Below, piece by piece: positions 42,634 through 51,393 of a stretch of DNA of 64,000 bases. Made by a program: the position numbers and the translations under genes. Below the pieces are notes generated by a model, which saw nothing but the letters and a program-made list of their open reading frames with translations, was not told the DNA's origin and did not search any database. How positions within the stretch are numbered: position 1 is the stretch's first letter; the number at the start of each line of letters is the position of its first letter. Origin of the DNA: a bacterium (GTDB taxonomy: Bacteria > UBA8248); contig CBDBZU010000004.1 of assembly GCA_965213625.1 (NCBI GenBank), positions 2,560,001-2,624,000 on the forward strand, read 5' to 3'.

Positions 42634-43911
42634 ATGCACCATTTCGATTACAAAGACGGGGAGTTGTGCGCCGAAGACGTATCGTTGACGCGGCTGGCGG
42701 AGGAGGTGGGGACGCCTTTATACGTCTACAGTCACGAGACGCTCGCGCGTCATTTCCGCGTCTTCGACGAGGCGTTTGCATCCGTTCCGCATCTCATCTG
42801 CTTCGCCATGAAGAGCAACTCGAACCTGGCGATCCTCAGGCTCTTCGGCGCGATGGGCGGGGGGCTGGATATCGTTTCGGGCGGGGAACTGTTCCGCGCG
42901 GTGAAGGCCGGGATGCCCGTCGACCGGGTCGTGTTCGCGGGCGTCGGCAAGTCGGACGATGAGATCGCCTACGCGATCGAAAAAGGCGTTTTGTTGTTCA
43001 ACGTGGAGAGCGAGGAGGAGCTGGTGAACATCGGCTCGGTGGCGAGCCGCATGGGCAAACAGGCGCAAGTCGCGATTCGGGTGAACCCCGACGTCGACCC
43101 CCAGACCCATCCCTACATCACCACCGGCCTCAAGAAGAGCAAGTTCGGTATCGACATCAATCGGGCGAGGGAGCAGTACCAGACCGCCGCGAATCTCGAT
43201 GGCATCGAACCCACAGGCGTGCACTGTCATATCGGTAGCCAGATCACGTCGAGCAGCCCCTTTGCCGATTCGGTGGAAATCGTGGCGCGCCTGGTGGGCG
43301 AGTTGCGCGGCGACGGGCACGACATCCGCTACCTGAACCTGGGCGGCGGCCTCGGCATCACCTATCAAGACGAGGCGCCGCCGCTGCCGAAAGACTATGC
43401 GGCGGCCATCCTGCCGAAGCTGAAAGATTTGGGATGCACGTTGATCTTCGAACCCGGCCGCGTCATCACGGGCAACGCGGGCATTCTCGTCACGCGCGTG
43501 CTGTACCAGAAGGAAAACCCGGAGAAGCGCTTCGTGATCATCGACGCCGGCATGAACGACCTCATCCGGCCCAGCCTCTATCAGGCCTTCCAGGACGTGT
43601 GGCCCGTAACGGAGGCGGCGCGGGAGAGGCCGAAGCATGTGACGGACCTGGTGGGCCCTGTATGCGAGAGCGGGGACTATCTGGCGAAAGACCGGGATTT
43701 GCCCGAACTTCACCGGGACGAGCTGGTGGCCGTCATGAGTTCGGGCGCGTACGGCTTCACCATGGCGTCGAACTACAACTCGCGCCCCCGGCCGCCCGAG
43801 ATTCTTGTGCGCGGGGATGAGTATCATATAATCAGGGAGCGCGAGTCGTATGACGACCTCATACGCGGCGAGCATATACCGGCATTCATCGAAGAGAGGC
43901 GGATTCCGTGA
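42634..43911 (+). CDS. lysA: Diaminopimelate decarboxylase
   Basis: TPLYVY, FAMKSN, HCHIGSQ, EPGR, CESGD and SNYN motifs. Confidence 0.97.
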   Translation: MHHFDYKDGELCAEDVSLTRLAEEVGTPLYVYSHETLARHFRVFDEAFASVPHLICFAMKSNSNLAILRLFGAMGGGLDIVSGGELFRAVKAGMPVDRVVFAGVGKSDDEIAYAIEKGVLLFNVESEEELVNIGSVASRMGKQAQVAIRVNPDVDPQTHPYITTGLKKSKFGIDINRAREQYQTAANLDGIEPTGVHCHIGSQITSSSPFADSVEIVARLVGELRGDGHDIRYLNLGGGLGITYQDEAPPLPKDYAAAILPKLKDLGCTLIFEPGRVITGNAGILVTRVLYQKENPEKRFVIIDAGMNDLIRPSLYQAFQDVWPVTEAARERPKHVTDLVGPVCESGDYLAKDRDLPELHRDELVAVMSSGAYGFTMASNYNSRPRPPEILVRGDEYHIIRERESYDDLIRGEHIPAFIEERRIP

Positions 43912-44732
43912 GCAAAATCAAATTCACCAAGTTCAGCGGAAGCGGCAACGATTTCATCTTCATCGACAACATGAACCTGGAGCACCGGGCCGATGAGATG
44001 ATCGATTTCGTCCAGCGGGTTTGCCGCAGGGGCCAGTCCGTCGGCGCCGACGGGCTGATGTTCATCGAACCGAGCGAGCGGGCCGATTTCAAGTGGCGGT
44101 TTTTTAATGCCGACGGCTCGGAGGGCGAGATGTGCGGTAACGGCGGACGCTGCGCCGCGCGTTATGCAAAGGAATTGGGCATCGCCACGGACTCGGTATC
44201 GTTCGAGACCATCGCGGGCGTCATCGACGCGACGATGATCGACTCGAGAGTCAAGCTGCGGATGACCCGGCCCTTCGATTATCGCGCGGGTATTGAACTC
44301 GATATCAACGGGAGAGGGGTAGTCGTGGATCACATGAATACCGGCGTCCCCCATGCCGTGGAGTTCATGGACGACGTGGAGTCCGTGGACATCGTGGGCG
44401 ACGGCCGGGCCATTCGCACGCACGATGCGTTTGCGCCGGCGGGAGCGAATGCGAATTTCGCCCGGGTGAGCGGGGCCAATTCCGTGATTCTGAGAACCTA
44501 TGAGCGAGGGGTGGAGAACGAGACCCTGGCATGCGGCACGGGCGCGGTGGCGACGGCGATACTCGCGGCCACGCGCGGATTCGTAACCGCTCCCGTGGAC
44601 GTAAGCGTGCGCAGCGGCGAAATCCTCAAGATCTATTTCGAGGGCGCAGGCTCAGATGTGCGCGACGTCTACATGGAAGGGGAGACCAGACTCGTCTACA
44701 AAGGAGAGATGACGGAAGAGGCTCTGCTTTGA
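43908..44732 (+). CDS. dapF: Diaminopimelate epimerase
   Basis: GNDF, NADGS..MCGNG.RC, TGVPH and ERG..TLACGTG motifs. Confidence 0.97.
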   Translation: MSKIKFTKFSGSGNDFIFIDNMNLEHRADEMIDFVQRVCRRGQSVGADGLMFIEPSERADFKWRFFNADGSEGEMCGNGGRCAARYAKELGIATDSVSFETIAGVIDATMIDSRVKLRMTRPFDYRAGIELDINGRGVVVDHMNTGVPHAVEFMDDVESVDIVGDGRAIRTHDAFAPAGANANFARVSGANSVILRTYERGVENETLACGTGAVATAILAATRGFVTAPVDVSVRSGEILKIYFEGAGSDVRDVYMEGETRLVYKGEMTEEALL

Positions 44733-44890
44733 ATTTCTAGCCTGCGTTCAAGGGGCTGATGAAAAAGCGCCCCAACAAATAGGAATGGATTTCTCAATCG
44801 ACATATGCTTATGAAATGACTCCCTCTTAAGGAGTTTCTTGAAAAACCCCTGCAATGACGGCCATAGGATTCCGCCTTGCCGAAGGGAGT

Positions 44891-44972
44891 GTAGGGGCCG
44901 CATACATGCGGCCCTCGTAGTAGGTGAATAAAACAGGCTCGCATATATGTCGGACATATATGCCCGACCTAC
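44891..44972. repeat. GTAG-type REP doublet, copy B
   Basis: GTAGGGGCCGCATACATGCGGCCC ... GTCGGACATATATGCCCGACCTAC. Confidence 0.75.
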
Positions 44973-45034
44973 TCACAAATAAATTTCCCCTCTCCGGTTT
45001 TTTCAACCGTCACTTCAATGAAGAGTTGTTCGTA

Positions 45035-45184
45035 CTATTCGGATGGCGCCGCGCTCGGGAAATCATCCAGCCGGAGTTCTCTCAGGAGAAGGCAAACCAT
45101 CCCCGAAACGATGAGGATGGCGCCCGCCAGGGTGAAATCGAGCAAATCGTAACCGGCGTATATCTCATACATCAAAATCCACAT
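45035..45184 (-). CDS. Small single-pass membrane protein (49 aa, absent from the ORF track)
   Basis: MWILMYEIYAGYDLLDFTLAGAILIVSGMVCLLLRELRLDDFPSAAPSE; GGAG SD; co-oriented with the Spy-like genes. Confidence 0.55.
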   Translation of the reverse strand: MWILMYEIYAGYDLLDFTLAGAILIVSGMVCLLLRELRLDDFPSAAPSE

Positions 45185-45258
45185 GGCGGCTCCAACAGAG
45201 AGGCCCGGAAGCCCGGGACATGGTTTTTACGCCATGCCCCGGGGCGCCGGGATGTCTA

Positions 45259-45885
45259 CTAGTAAGTCTGGGACTGGTTCCCTCGGCCTGGCCCTCTGAA
45301 CATCTGTTCATGCATTCCGGGACCCCTGCCGCGGTGCTTTCTCGACCGGGCGATTTTCGTCAGCTGCTTCTGCTGCTCGTCGTTCAGGACGGATTTTCCC
45401 TCCTGGATCGCCTTGAGTCGCGCAATCCGCAAGTCCACCCGCATCTTCGAAATCTCGCGTATTTTCTTTTCCACGTCGGCGAGGTCGAGCTTTTCGGCGT
45501 CGAGCGCGCGCCTGAGGTCGATTCCCAGTGCCTTTACGTCAGCGCTTTCTTTCACCGCCTTCTTGGAGAACGCGTCACGGATGTCCTTGAGGCGCTTCAT
45601 CTGGTCGTCGGTGAGCTTGAGCTCTTCGTGGTTTCTCAGCGCGATGGAAACCAGCGGACGCGCCGAGTAGGGCCTCGGGCCGCGCATTCCGCGGTGTCCC
45701 CGGTGGCCGCGCCGGCCGAAATGCGCGTCTTCCATCATGTTTTGCATGAATTGCGGAAGATTCTGCATGTGGTGCGGAGGGGTGGGCGTGGGAGATTGGG
45801 CCCAGGCCGCCGCGCCTGCGAGACCGAGGCTCAATACGGCGGCGATGACGGCTGTCGAAAGGGTGCGGCGTTTTAGACGTTTCAT
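45259..45885 (-). CDS. Spy/CpxP family periplasmic chaperone
   Basis: Signal peptide, His/Met/Gly-rich segment, LKLTDDQ and VLNDEQ (LTxxQ repeats); GGAGG SD. Confidence 0.8.
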   Translation of the reverse strand: MKRLKRRTLSTAVIAAVLSLGLAGAAAWAQSPTPTPPHHMQNLPQFMQNMMEDAHFGRRGHRGHRGMRGPRPYSARPLVSIALRNHEELKLTDDQMKRLKDIRDAFSKKAVKESADVKALGIDLRRALDAEKLDLADVEKKIREISKMRVDLRIARLKAIQEGKSVLNDEQQKQLTKIARSRKHRGRGPGMHEQMFRGPGRGNQSQTY

Positions 45886-45944
45886 GTTTTGATTCCTCCG
45901 GTGTTGCGTTTTATTCTGGCGGCATAGCATCTGCTTACAGGTAC

Positions 45945-46475
45945 TCACTGCTTCTTCGACTGACCGGCCGGGTCGCCTGGGTGGTGCTTCCTGTGCTTCC
46001 TCCATCTTCTTTTGCGTCTTTCCTCGAATTTCCGGACCATTTCGTCAAAAGATGTTTTTTGCTCATTGTCCAGGAAAGAACGCACGTCCTTGCGTATTTC
46101 CTGCATGATGGAGTTGATCTGGGGTCGCATCTGGCTTCTGATGTCGCGTATCCGCTCATAGTGGCGCTGGAGCGCGCGGTCCACGTTGTCGCGTTGCGAG
46201 GTGTTCAGGTTTAAGTCCCGCTCGAGCCTGCGCATGAAGCGTCTTTCACCTCTGGAACGGCGTCTTGCGCTTCTTTCGCTTCTGGCGCGGGCCATGGACG
46301 CCGGGGATCCTGCGGCTTTGATGCGGGACTTGAATACGCGGGACATGTAATCGTTGTGGAACTTGTATGCCGCGTATTTATGGCCGCCGACGTAGCCGAT
46401 GCCCGCTCCCGCCAGGAATACGATCAACAGCACCGCCGACGCCTTCATGAATTCTTTCGTGAACCAGTTTTTCAT
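45945..46475 (-). CDS. Membrane-anchored Spy/CpxP/ZraP-like periplasmic protein
   Basis: N-terminal TM, LNLNTSQ and FLDNEQ repeats, very basic. Confidence 0.65.
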   Translation of the reverse strand: MKNWFTKEFMKASAVLLIVFLAGAGIGYVGGHKYAAYKFHNDYMSRVFKSRIKAAGSPASMARARSERSARRRSRGERRFMRRLERDLNLNTSQRDNVDRALQRHYERIRDIRSQMRPQINSIMQEIRKDVRSFLDNEQKTSFDEMVRKFEERRKRRWRKHRKHHPGDPAGQSKKQ

Positions 46476-46492
46476 CGTCTCAATCTCACAGA

Positions 46493-46951
46493 CTAACGAT
46501 CCGTCGAGCCGTAGGCGACGTATTGAAGCAAATCTTCGCCCCGCTGCGCCTCGAGTTCGCCCCCGATCATCACAATCGGGTTTAGGGGATTTCTGTCCGT
46601 ATAGAGCGCCAGTACCGCCTGGCGCTCCAGAATGCGCGCCTGCCTCTCCACACCCTGGTTCCAGAGAAGGCCCGCTGCGAGGAGCAGGACGCCCAGGGCC
46701 GCAACGGCGAATCTCGGCCCCGTAGCGGCCAGCGCCGAGATGAAGGAAAAGGCGCCGTTCGCTTGCCCCTCATGGGCGGCGAGCTGGGGGCGCAGCTTTT
46801 CCCAGAGTTTCTCGTCAGGCTCAGGCGCATCATCGCGCGCGGCTTCGAAGAGGGCTTGCAGATCGGCGACCGTCTCATCGTCAGGCTTGTGCGCGTCCCA
46901 ATCCTTTGCGCTTCGACCTCTTATGAAAATGTTGTCCCACCAGCGCATCAC
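46493..46951 (-). CDS. Putative anti-sigma factor
   Basis: Overlaps the ECF sigma stop; P..LWEKL segment followed by a single TM. Confidence 0.65.
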   Translation of the reverse strand: MMRWWDNIFIRGRSAKDWDAHKPDDETVADLQALFEAARDDAPEPDEKLWEKLRPQLAAHEGQANGAFSFISALAATGPRFAVAALGVLLLAAGLLWNQGVERQARILERQAVLALYTDRNPLNPIVMIGGELEAQRGEDLLQYVAYGSTDR

Positions 46952-47571
46952 TTCGCCTCCAGGGCGCTTTCGGCCACGCGAAGAATGCCCGCGCGCGCGC
47001 GGTTGAGTCTCGAGCGCACCGTGCCGGGCCTGATTTCGAGCACTTCGCCTATCTCATCGTAACTCATACCCTCGAGTTCGCGCATCACCAGTATCCGGCG
47101 ATGCTTTTCCGGCAATTGCGCCAGGAGCCGCTGCAGTTCATCGCTCGCGCGCCTCTCCTGCCTCTCGCGCAACTCGTCCTGTTCTTCCGCATCTTCCGGT
47201 ACGGGCGCATCGGCGATTTGCTCTTCTTTGAGTTCCAGCGGCAGCGGTGCGCCGCGCTTCAGGTAATCGCGGCAGTGGTTGACCGCGATCCGGTAGACCC
47301 AGGTGGAGAACCGGGCGTCTCCCCGGAATTTGGGCAGCGAGATATACGCTTTCAGGAATATCTCCTGGACGATGTCGTCGGTGTCTTCCCTGCGTTCTCC
47401 GAGCATCCCCCACACGAGGCGCTGGATTTTGCCTGCGTTCTGGCGAACGAGGGGCTCGAAAGCGTCCTTATCGCCGTTCTGGCAGCGTTTGATCCAGAAA
47501 GACTCTTGGTGTTCTTCGTGCGGGGCTTCCAAAAGTCCAAATCCCCATGCCGGTATTGCCAGAGAGAACAT
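46948..47571 (-). CDS. ECF sigma factor (RpoE-like)
   Basis: DDIVQEIF, FSTWVYRIAVN and SYDEI..GTVRSRL.RAR motifs. Confidence 0.93.
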   Translation of the reverse strand: MFSLAIPAWGFGLLEAPHEEHQESFWIKRCQNGDKDAFEPLVRQNAGKIQRLVWGMLGERREDTDDIVQEIFLKAYISLPKFRGDARFSTWVYRIAVNHCRDYLKRGAPLPLELKEEQIADAPVPEDAEEQDELRERQERRASDELQRLLAQLPEKHRRILVMRELEGMSYDEIGEVLEIRPGTVRSRLNRARAGILRVAESALEAK

Positions 47572-47740
47572 CCTTATCGCCTTATAGTATCAAATTAGCT
47601 GCCAGAATACGGGCGTTTTCAAGTTTCCTCTTCCTACACCCGTTATGACGCGCGCAGGTTCCCACTTCGCGGCAAAGCGCATATAATAGGCTTACAATCA
47701 ATGACTTGTTGATATTTCTAAATCAGGGAAGGGGAATCCC

Positions 47741-48538
47741 GTGTCGATACGAATCGTTGTGGCCGGAGCCGGCGGAAGAATGGGGGGCCGCATCATCCAC
47801 CAGATTGCCTCCTCAAGCGATCTCTCCCTCTCGGGCGCGCTCGAGCGCGAGGAGTTTGACGCTTTGGGAGCGGATGCGGGCGCTCACGCAGGCTGCGGGA
47901 ATATGGGCGTCGCTCTCACCAACGATTCGGCTTCGCTGAGCGGCGACGTGCTGGTTTCCTTCGCGATCCCCGAAGCCAGCGTCGCCCACGTGCGCCTGGC
48001 GGCCGAGAAGGGGATGGCGGCCGTCGTCGGCACCACGGGCTTCTCGGATGCCCAGCGCGAGGAGATCGCAGGGTTGGGCGAGAAGATCGCCTGCGTCCTG
48101 GCGCCGAACATGAGCGTGGGGGTGAACGTCTCCTTTCGCCTGATAGAAGAGGCTGCCCGGCTCCTGGGCGAAGCCTACGATATCGAGGTAATCGAAACTC
48201 ATCACAACCAGAAAATAGACGCCCCCTCGGGAACGGCGGTGCGCATGGGCGAGATTCTTGCCCGGGTTACGGGTAAAAAATACCCTGAAGACGCCGTTTT
48301 TCACCGCGAAGGCCAGACGGGCGTACGCCCCGAGGGCGTCATCGGCATGCAGACGCTGCGCGGCGGCGACGTACCGGGCGAGCACACCGTGTATTTCTTC
48401 GGCATGGGCGAGCGGGTGGAAATCACGCACAGGGCGGGCAGCCGGGATAATTTCGCGGCGGGCGCCGTTCGCGCGGTTCGCTGGGTGGCCGGCAAGCCCT
48501 CCGGCATCTACGGCATGGCGGACGTCCTTGGGCTTTGA
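47741..48538 (+). CDS. dapB: 4-hydroxy-tetrahydrodipicolinate reductase
   Basis: GAGGRMG, GTTG, APNMS and ETHH..K.DAPSGTA motifs. Confidence 0.97.
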   Translation: MSIRIVVAGAGGRMGGRIIHQIASSSDLSLSGALEREEFDALGADAGAHAGCGNMGVALTNDSASLSGDVLVSFAIPEASVAHVRLAAEKGMAAVVGTTGFSDAQREEIAGLGEKIACVLAPNMSVGVNVSFRLIEEAARLLGEAYDIEVIETHHNQKIDAPSGTAVRMGEILARVTGKKYPEDAVFHREGQTGVRPEGVIGMQTLRGGDVPGEHTVYFFGMGERVEITHRAGSRDNFAAGAVRAVRWVAGKPSGIYGMADVLGL

Positions 48539-48581
48539 TACTTGAAATCGGTGTGTTCATGACAACTTGAGGAGGTAACGG

Positions 48582-49103
48582 ATGGCTCATGAAATCGAAG
48601 CCGACGGTATTGAATACGTGAAGGCCGCGGACGGGAGAACGCTGGCGCAGGTCATCAGGAACAACTTTGACGATTACGCCGCCTTCCCGCCTTACCTGGA
48701 TTCAGAAGAGGAACGCGCCCACCTGGCGGAAGCCTACTCCGGCGCCGACCCCGAAACCGAGCGAAGGACGAAGGCGCACATGACGCCGGACGAAAACCCG
48801 CTTCAAATCGTCATGCTGAACCGAAATCCCGGTTCCGTGGTGAACCCCCACTACAACGAGGTGACGGATCGCCCCGTGAACACGACGCGCCACCAGATCA
48901 TGATATGCCGCTCGGGCCGTATGCGAATCGGCGTGTACGCCAAAGAGGGCGATCACGCGGGCGACGTGGATCTGGCGCCAGGCGATCTGATTCTCATGTA
49001 CGAGGGACACCGCATCGAGTTTCTGGAGCCGGGCACGAAGGCCATCGAGATCAAGGAAGGCCCCTTCCCGGAAATCGACGAGGCGGATAAGGTCGATTTT
49101 TAA
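48582..49103 (+). CDS. Cupin-like hypothetical protein
   Basis: PH..., L.PGD.I..GH..F..IEIK.GP pattern; GAGGAGG SD. Confidence 0.6.
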   Translation: MAHEIEADGIEYVKAADGRTLAQVIRNNFDDYAAFPPYLDSEEERAHLAEAYSGADPETERRTKAHMTPDENPLQIVMLNRNPGSVVNPHYNEVTDRPVNTTRHQIMICRSGRMRIGVYAKEGDHAGDVDLAPGDLILMYEGHRIEFLEPGTKAIEIKEGPFPEIDEADKVDF

Positions 49104-49200
49104 GGGATTGTTGCTGTGTAGCCTATCCCCGTCCTGGGGGGTTGAAAAAACTCTTCATTTCGTGATTCAGCTTATGGAGCGGGGGATGCGAGAAGGTTCC

Positions 49201-49341
49201 GTAGGGACAGGCCCCCGTGTCTTTCCGAGGTCGAGACCTGTCCGTTACGGTCGCCATTCGAGGGTGATGTGTAGGGGCCGCATATATGCGGCCCACGGCT
49301 GGAAGGCGAATAAGTAGGGGTCGCATATATGCGACCCCTAC
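49201..49341. repeat. Cluster of GTAG-type REPs
   Basis: GTAGGGACAGGCCCCCGTGTCT at 49201, GTAGGGGCCGCATATATGCGGCCC at 49271, GTAGGGGTCGCATATATGCGACCCCTAC at 49314. Confidence 0.8.
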
Positions 49342-49365
49342 AAAGTCGTAAGGCTTACGTACGCC

Positions 49366-50331
49366 CTACGCGCCGGATTCTGCAATCCCGAATTGTTTCG
49401 CGAGCGTTTTCGCCGCCTGCTGGTAGGATTTCTGCAGTTCGGGATTTGGCGCTATCGGGTTGTGGTAGCGTCCCAGGAAACGGTTCTCCTTGCTCCAGAG
49501 TTCGCGGACCTGGAGAATGGAGTCGACGGTGCCGTCACTCTTCTCATCCACGAACGTATAGTAGTAGCGGCTGTACTGGTTCGCGACGTTCGAGAAGAAT
49601 TTCTCGTCCTTATGGTAAATCTTCTGAATCGGGCCGGTCGGCGCCTGGATCTGCAAGGTCCGTCCCCCGAATATCGAGTCCGATACCAGGAGCGTATATT
49701 TTTTGCCGCCGATGGTCTGGTTGACCGAGTAGACGCTGCCCGAAAGTGTCGGTTTCTTGTCCCCAAGCGCGAAGGCGCTCAGTTTCCCGTAGAGGCTGGT
49801 GTTCACGGATTTCGAAAAGTTGTTCGAGATGCCGTAAACCACGAGCAGTATCACCGCCGCGGCCAAGAAGACGAGAGTGGGCGATCTCCTCGTCGGTTTC
49901 CCTTCTTCTTCCCTGCCCCGGTTGGTGGCCACGTCCTCGCGCATTTCGGCGAGGTCCTTGTACATCTCCTCGACCGTGAGCTCCAGGGGCTCCGGCAGCG
50001 GCTCGGGTTCCGGCGCCGCTTTTTTCGCCGGAGCGGCCGCCGCACCACCGCCTGCAGCCGCTGCCGCAGGCGCCGCTGCGCCTCCGCCCGCGAAGAAATC
50101 CGCGTTTATCTGCGTGTATTTGCTCCACTGGGAGGGCAGGTCGCTTTCTTCGAAAATAGCGTCCACAGGACACGCCGGCACGCAGGCCGCGCAGTCGATG
50201 CACTCCACGGGGTCGATGTAAAGCATTGGACTCGAGCCGTCCGCCGCCTCATGGATGCAGTCGACCGGGCATACGTCGACGCATGCCGTATCCTTGGTGT
50301 CGACACATGGTTCCGCGATGACGTGGGTCAT
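49366..50331 (-). CDS. 7Fe-type ferredoxin fused to an Ala/Pro linker, a TM helix and an unknown C-terminal domain
   Basis: C-x7-C-x3-CP..C and CxxCxxCxxxCP motifs; GAGGAG SD before MTHVIAEPC; single uninterrupted ORF. Confidence 0.8.
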   Translation of the reverse strand: MTHVIAEPCVDTKDTACVDVCPVDCIHEAADGSSPMLYIDPVECIDCAACVPACPVDAIFEESDLPSQWSKYTQINADFFAGGGAAAPAAAAAGGGAAAAPAKKAAPEPEPLPEPLELTVEEMYKDLAEMREDVATNRGREEEGKPTRRSPTLVFLAAAVILLVVYGISNNFSKSVNTSLYGKLSAFALGDKKPTLSGSVYSVNQTIGGKKYTLLVSDSIFGGRTLQIQAPTGPIQKIYHKDEKFFSNVANQYSRYYYTFVDEKSDGTVDSILQVRELWSKENRFLGRYHNPIAPNPELQKSYQQAAKTLAKQFGIAESGA

Positions 50332-50599
50332 CGGATTGTGCTCCTCATGCTGGGTTTCGGACGAATTTGCCACGCGCTTCTAGGGCGCGCTCTTGAACGC
50401 GGCGATGTTAGCATTTTTTTTCGGGGAAACACAATCCGCGCGGGGGATGGGTAGGGTTTTGGGGAGGCACGATAGCTATAGCGCTGAATTATCGAGTTGT
50501 TCACAATACTAGTTCGGAAGGAATGCGCCGTCTTCTTCAATTCAGCCCATACACCAGATCTGAGCGTATCTCCAGAAATTCTTTGCATTCCACAAAACG

Positions 50600-50911
50600 C
50601 TAAGTATCGTTTTGTTCTTCTGGTTGGTTTTGATCAGTCAATTTCTTTAATTCATTTCGAGCTACAAAGCCCGCCGAGAAAATTGGAACGACGCTAGGCA
50701 ACGTAGACATTAAATCAGAGTTTGTTGCTTTCAAACTGTAATAGATTGGTGGGCAAAGAGGTATACCTAAAATTACAAAACCTGCGGTCACTGAAGCTAT
50801 AATCTCAAGGAAAGTAATATTAGTGTCTCTGTCGAAAATATGCCTTGCCACTACTCCAATACAAAAAACGATTGCTACTGCTAAAATTACTGCACTTTGA
50901 CTAATTAGCAT
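50600..50911 (-). CDS. Hypothetical membrane protein (AT-rich islet)
   Basis: Two or three hydrophobic helices; AT-rich codons. Confidence 0.5.
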   Translation of the reverse strand: MLISQSAVILAVAIVFCIGVVARHIFDRDTNITFLEIIASVTAGFVILGIPLCPPIYYSLKATNSDLMSTLPSVVPIFSAGFVARNELKKLTDQNQPEEQNDT

Positions 50912-50955
50912 GCTCGTAGCCTGAATTTGCTAAAGGATTTCACACCTTAGGTTCA

Positions 50956-51393
50956 TCAATTGTAATGTTCAGGTTGGACTCCATAATACAGCCAACATTG
51001 ATTTCTTAAAGTTTTTTGGCATTTCAGGTTAGAATCAGTCGCGTTCAAATCCATAGATTCGATCTGCAACCAAATTTGATTTCCTGACGTAGAAGGGAAT
51101 CTTTTTCTTTCGATAACCTTAAACTCCTGATTTTTATTTGTTTTGCCAATCTTGTTGTTAAACCAATTCCCAATTATAGGTGAAGGTGAATAGGAATAAA
51201 TGTCCAAGCCAGGAGTAGCAGAAAAATTTTCTCCTTTTTGGGGGATGCCTTGGTGTAGTTTCTTTCCCATCAATTGCGCAGAGAATACTGATGACACTAA
51301 TAAGATGCATAAACAGAGGAAAATAGACCCCACCGTGCAAAAGATTATTCGCTTCCGAAGATAAACAATTATTTGGTCAATGATTGTCTTCAT
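50956..51393 (-). CDS. Hypothetical exported protein, possibly SH3b-like (AT-rich islet)
   Basis: N-terminal hydrophobic helix, then L.IY..P..KIG..F.VIE..WLQI...CW.Y. Confidence 0.5.
   Translation of the reverse strand: MKTIIDQIIVYLRKRIIFCTVGSIFLCLCILLVSSVFSAQLMGKKLHQGIPQKGENFSATPGLDIYSYSPSPIIGNWFNNKIGKTNKNQEFKVIERKRFPSTSGNQIWLQIESMDLNATDSNLKCQKTLRNQCWLYYGVQPEHYN

Noticed and set aside
47581-47720. ECF autoregulatory promoter (GGAACC / GAAACTT) and an IHF-like site AATCAA-N4-TTG
   Set aside because: Spacing to a -10 element is not convincing, and such short motifs arise by chance.
49201-49341. Possible mini CRISPR array
   Set aside because: Only 2-3 unequal palindromic units with irregular spacing and no cas genes; they match the dispersed REPs.
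50480-50510. Rex box upstream of the ferredoxin fusion (TTCACAA half-site)
   Set aside because: The matching TTGTGAA half-site is absent at the required spacing.
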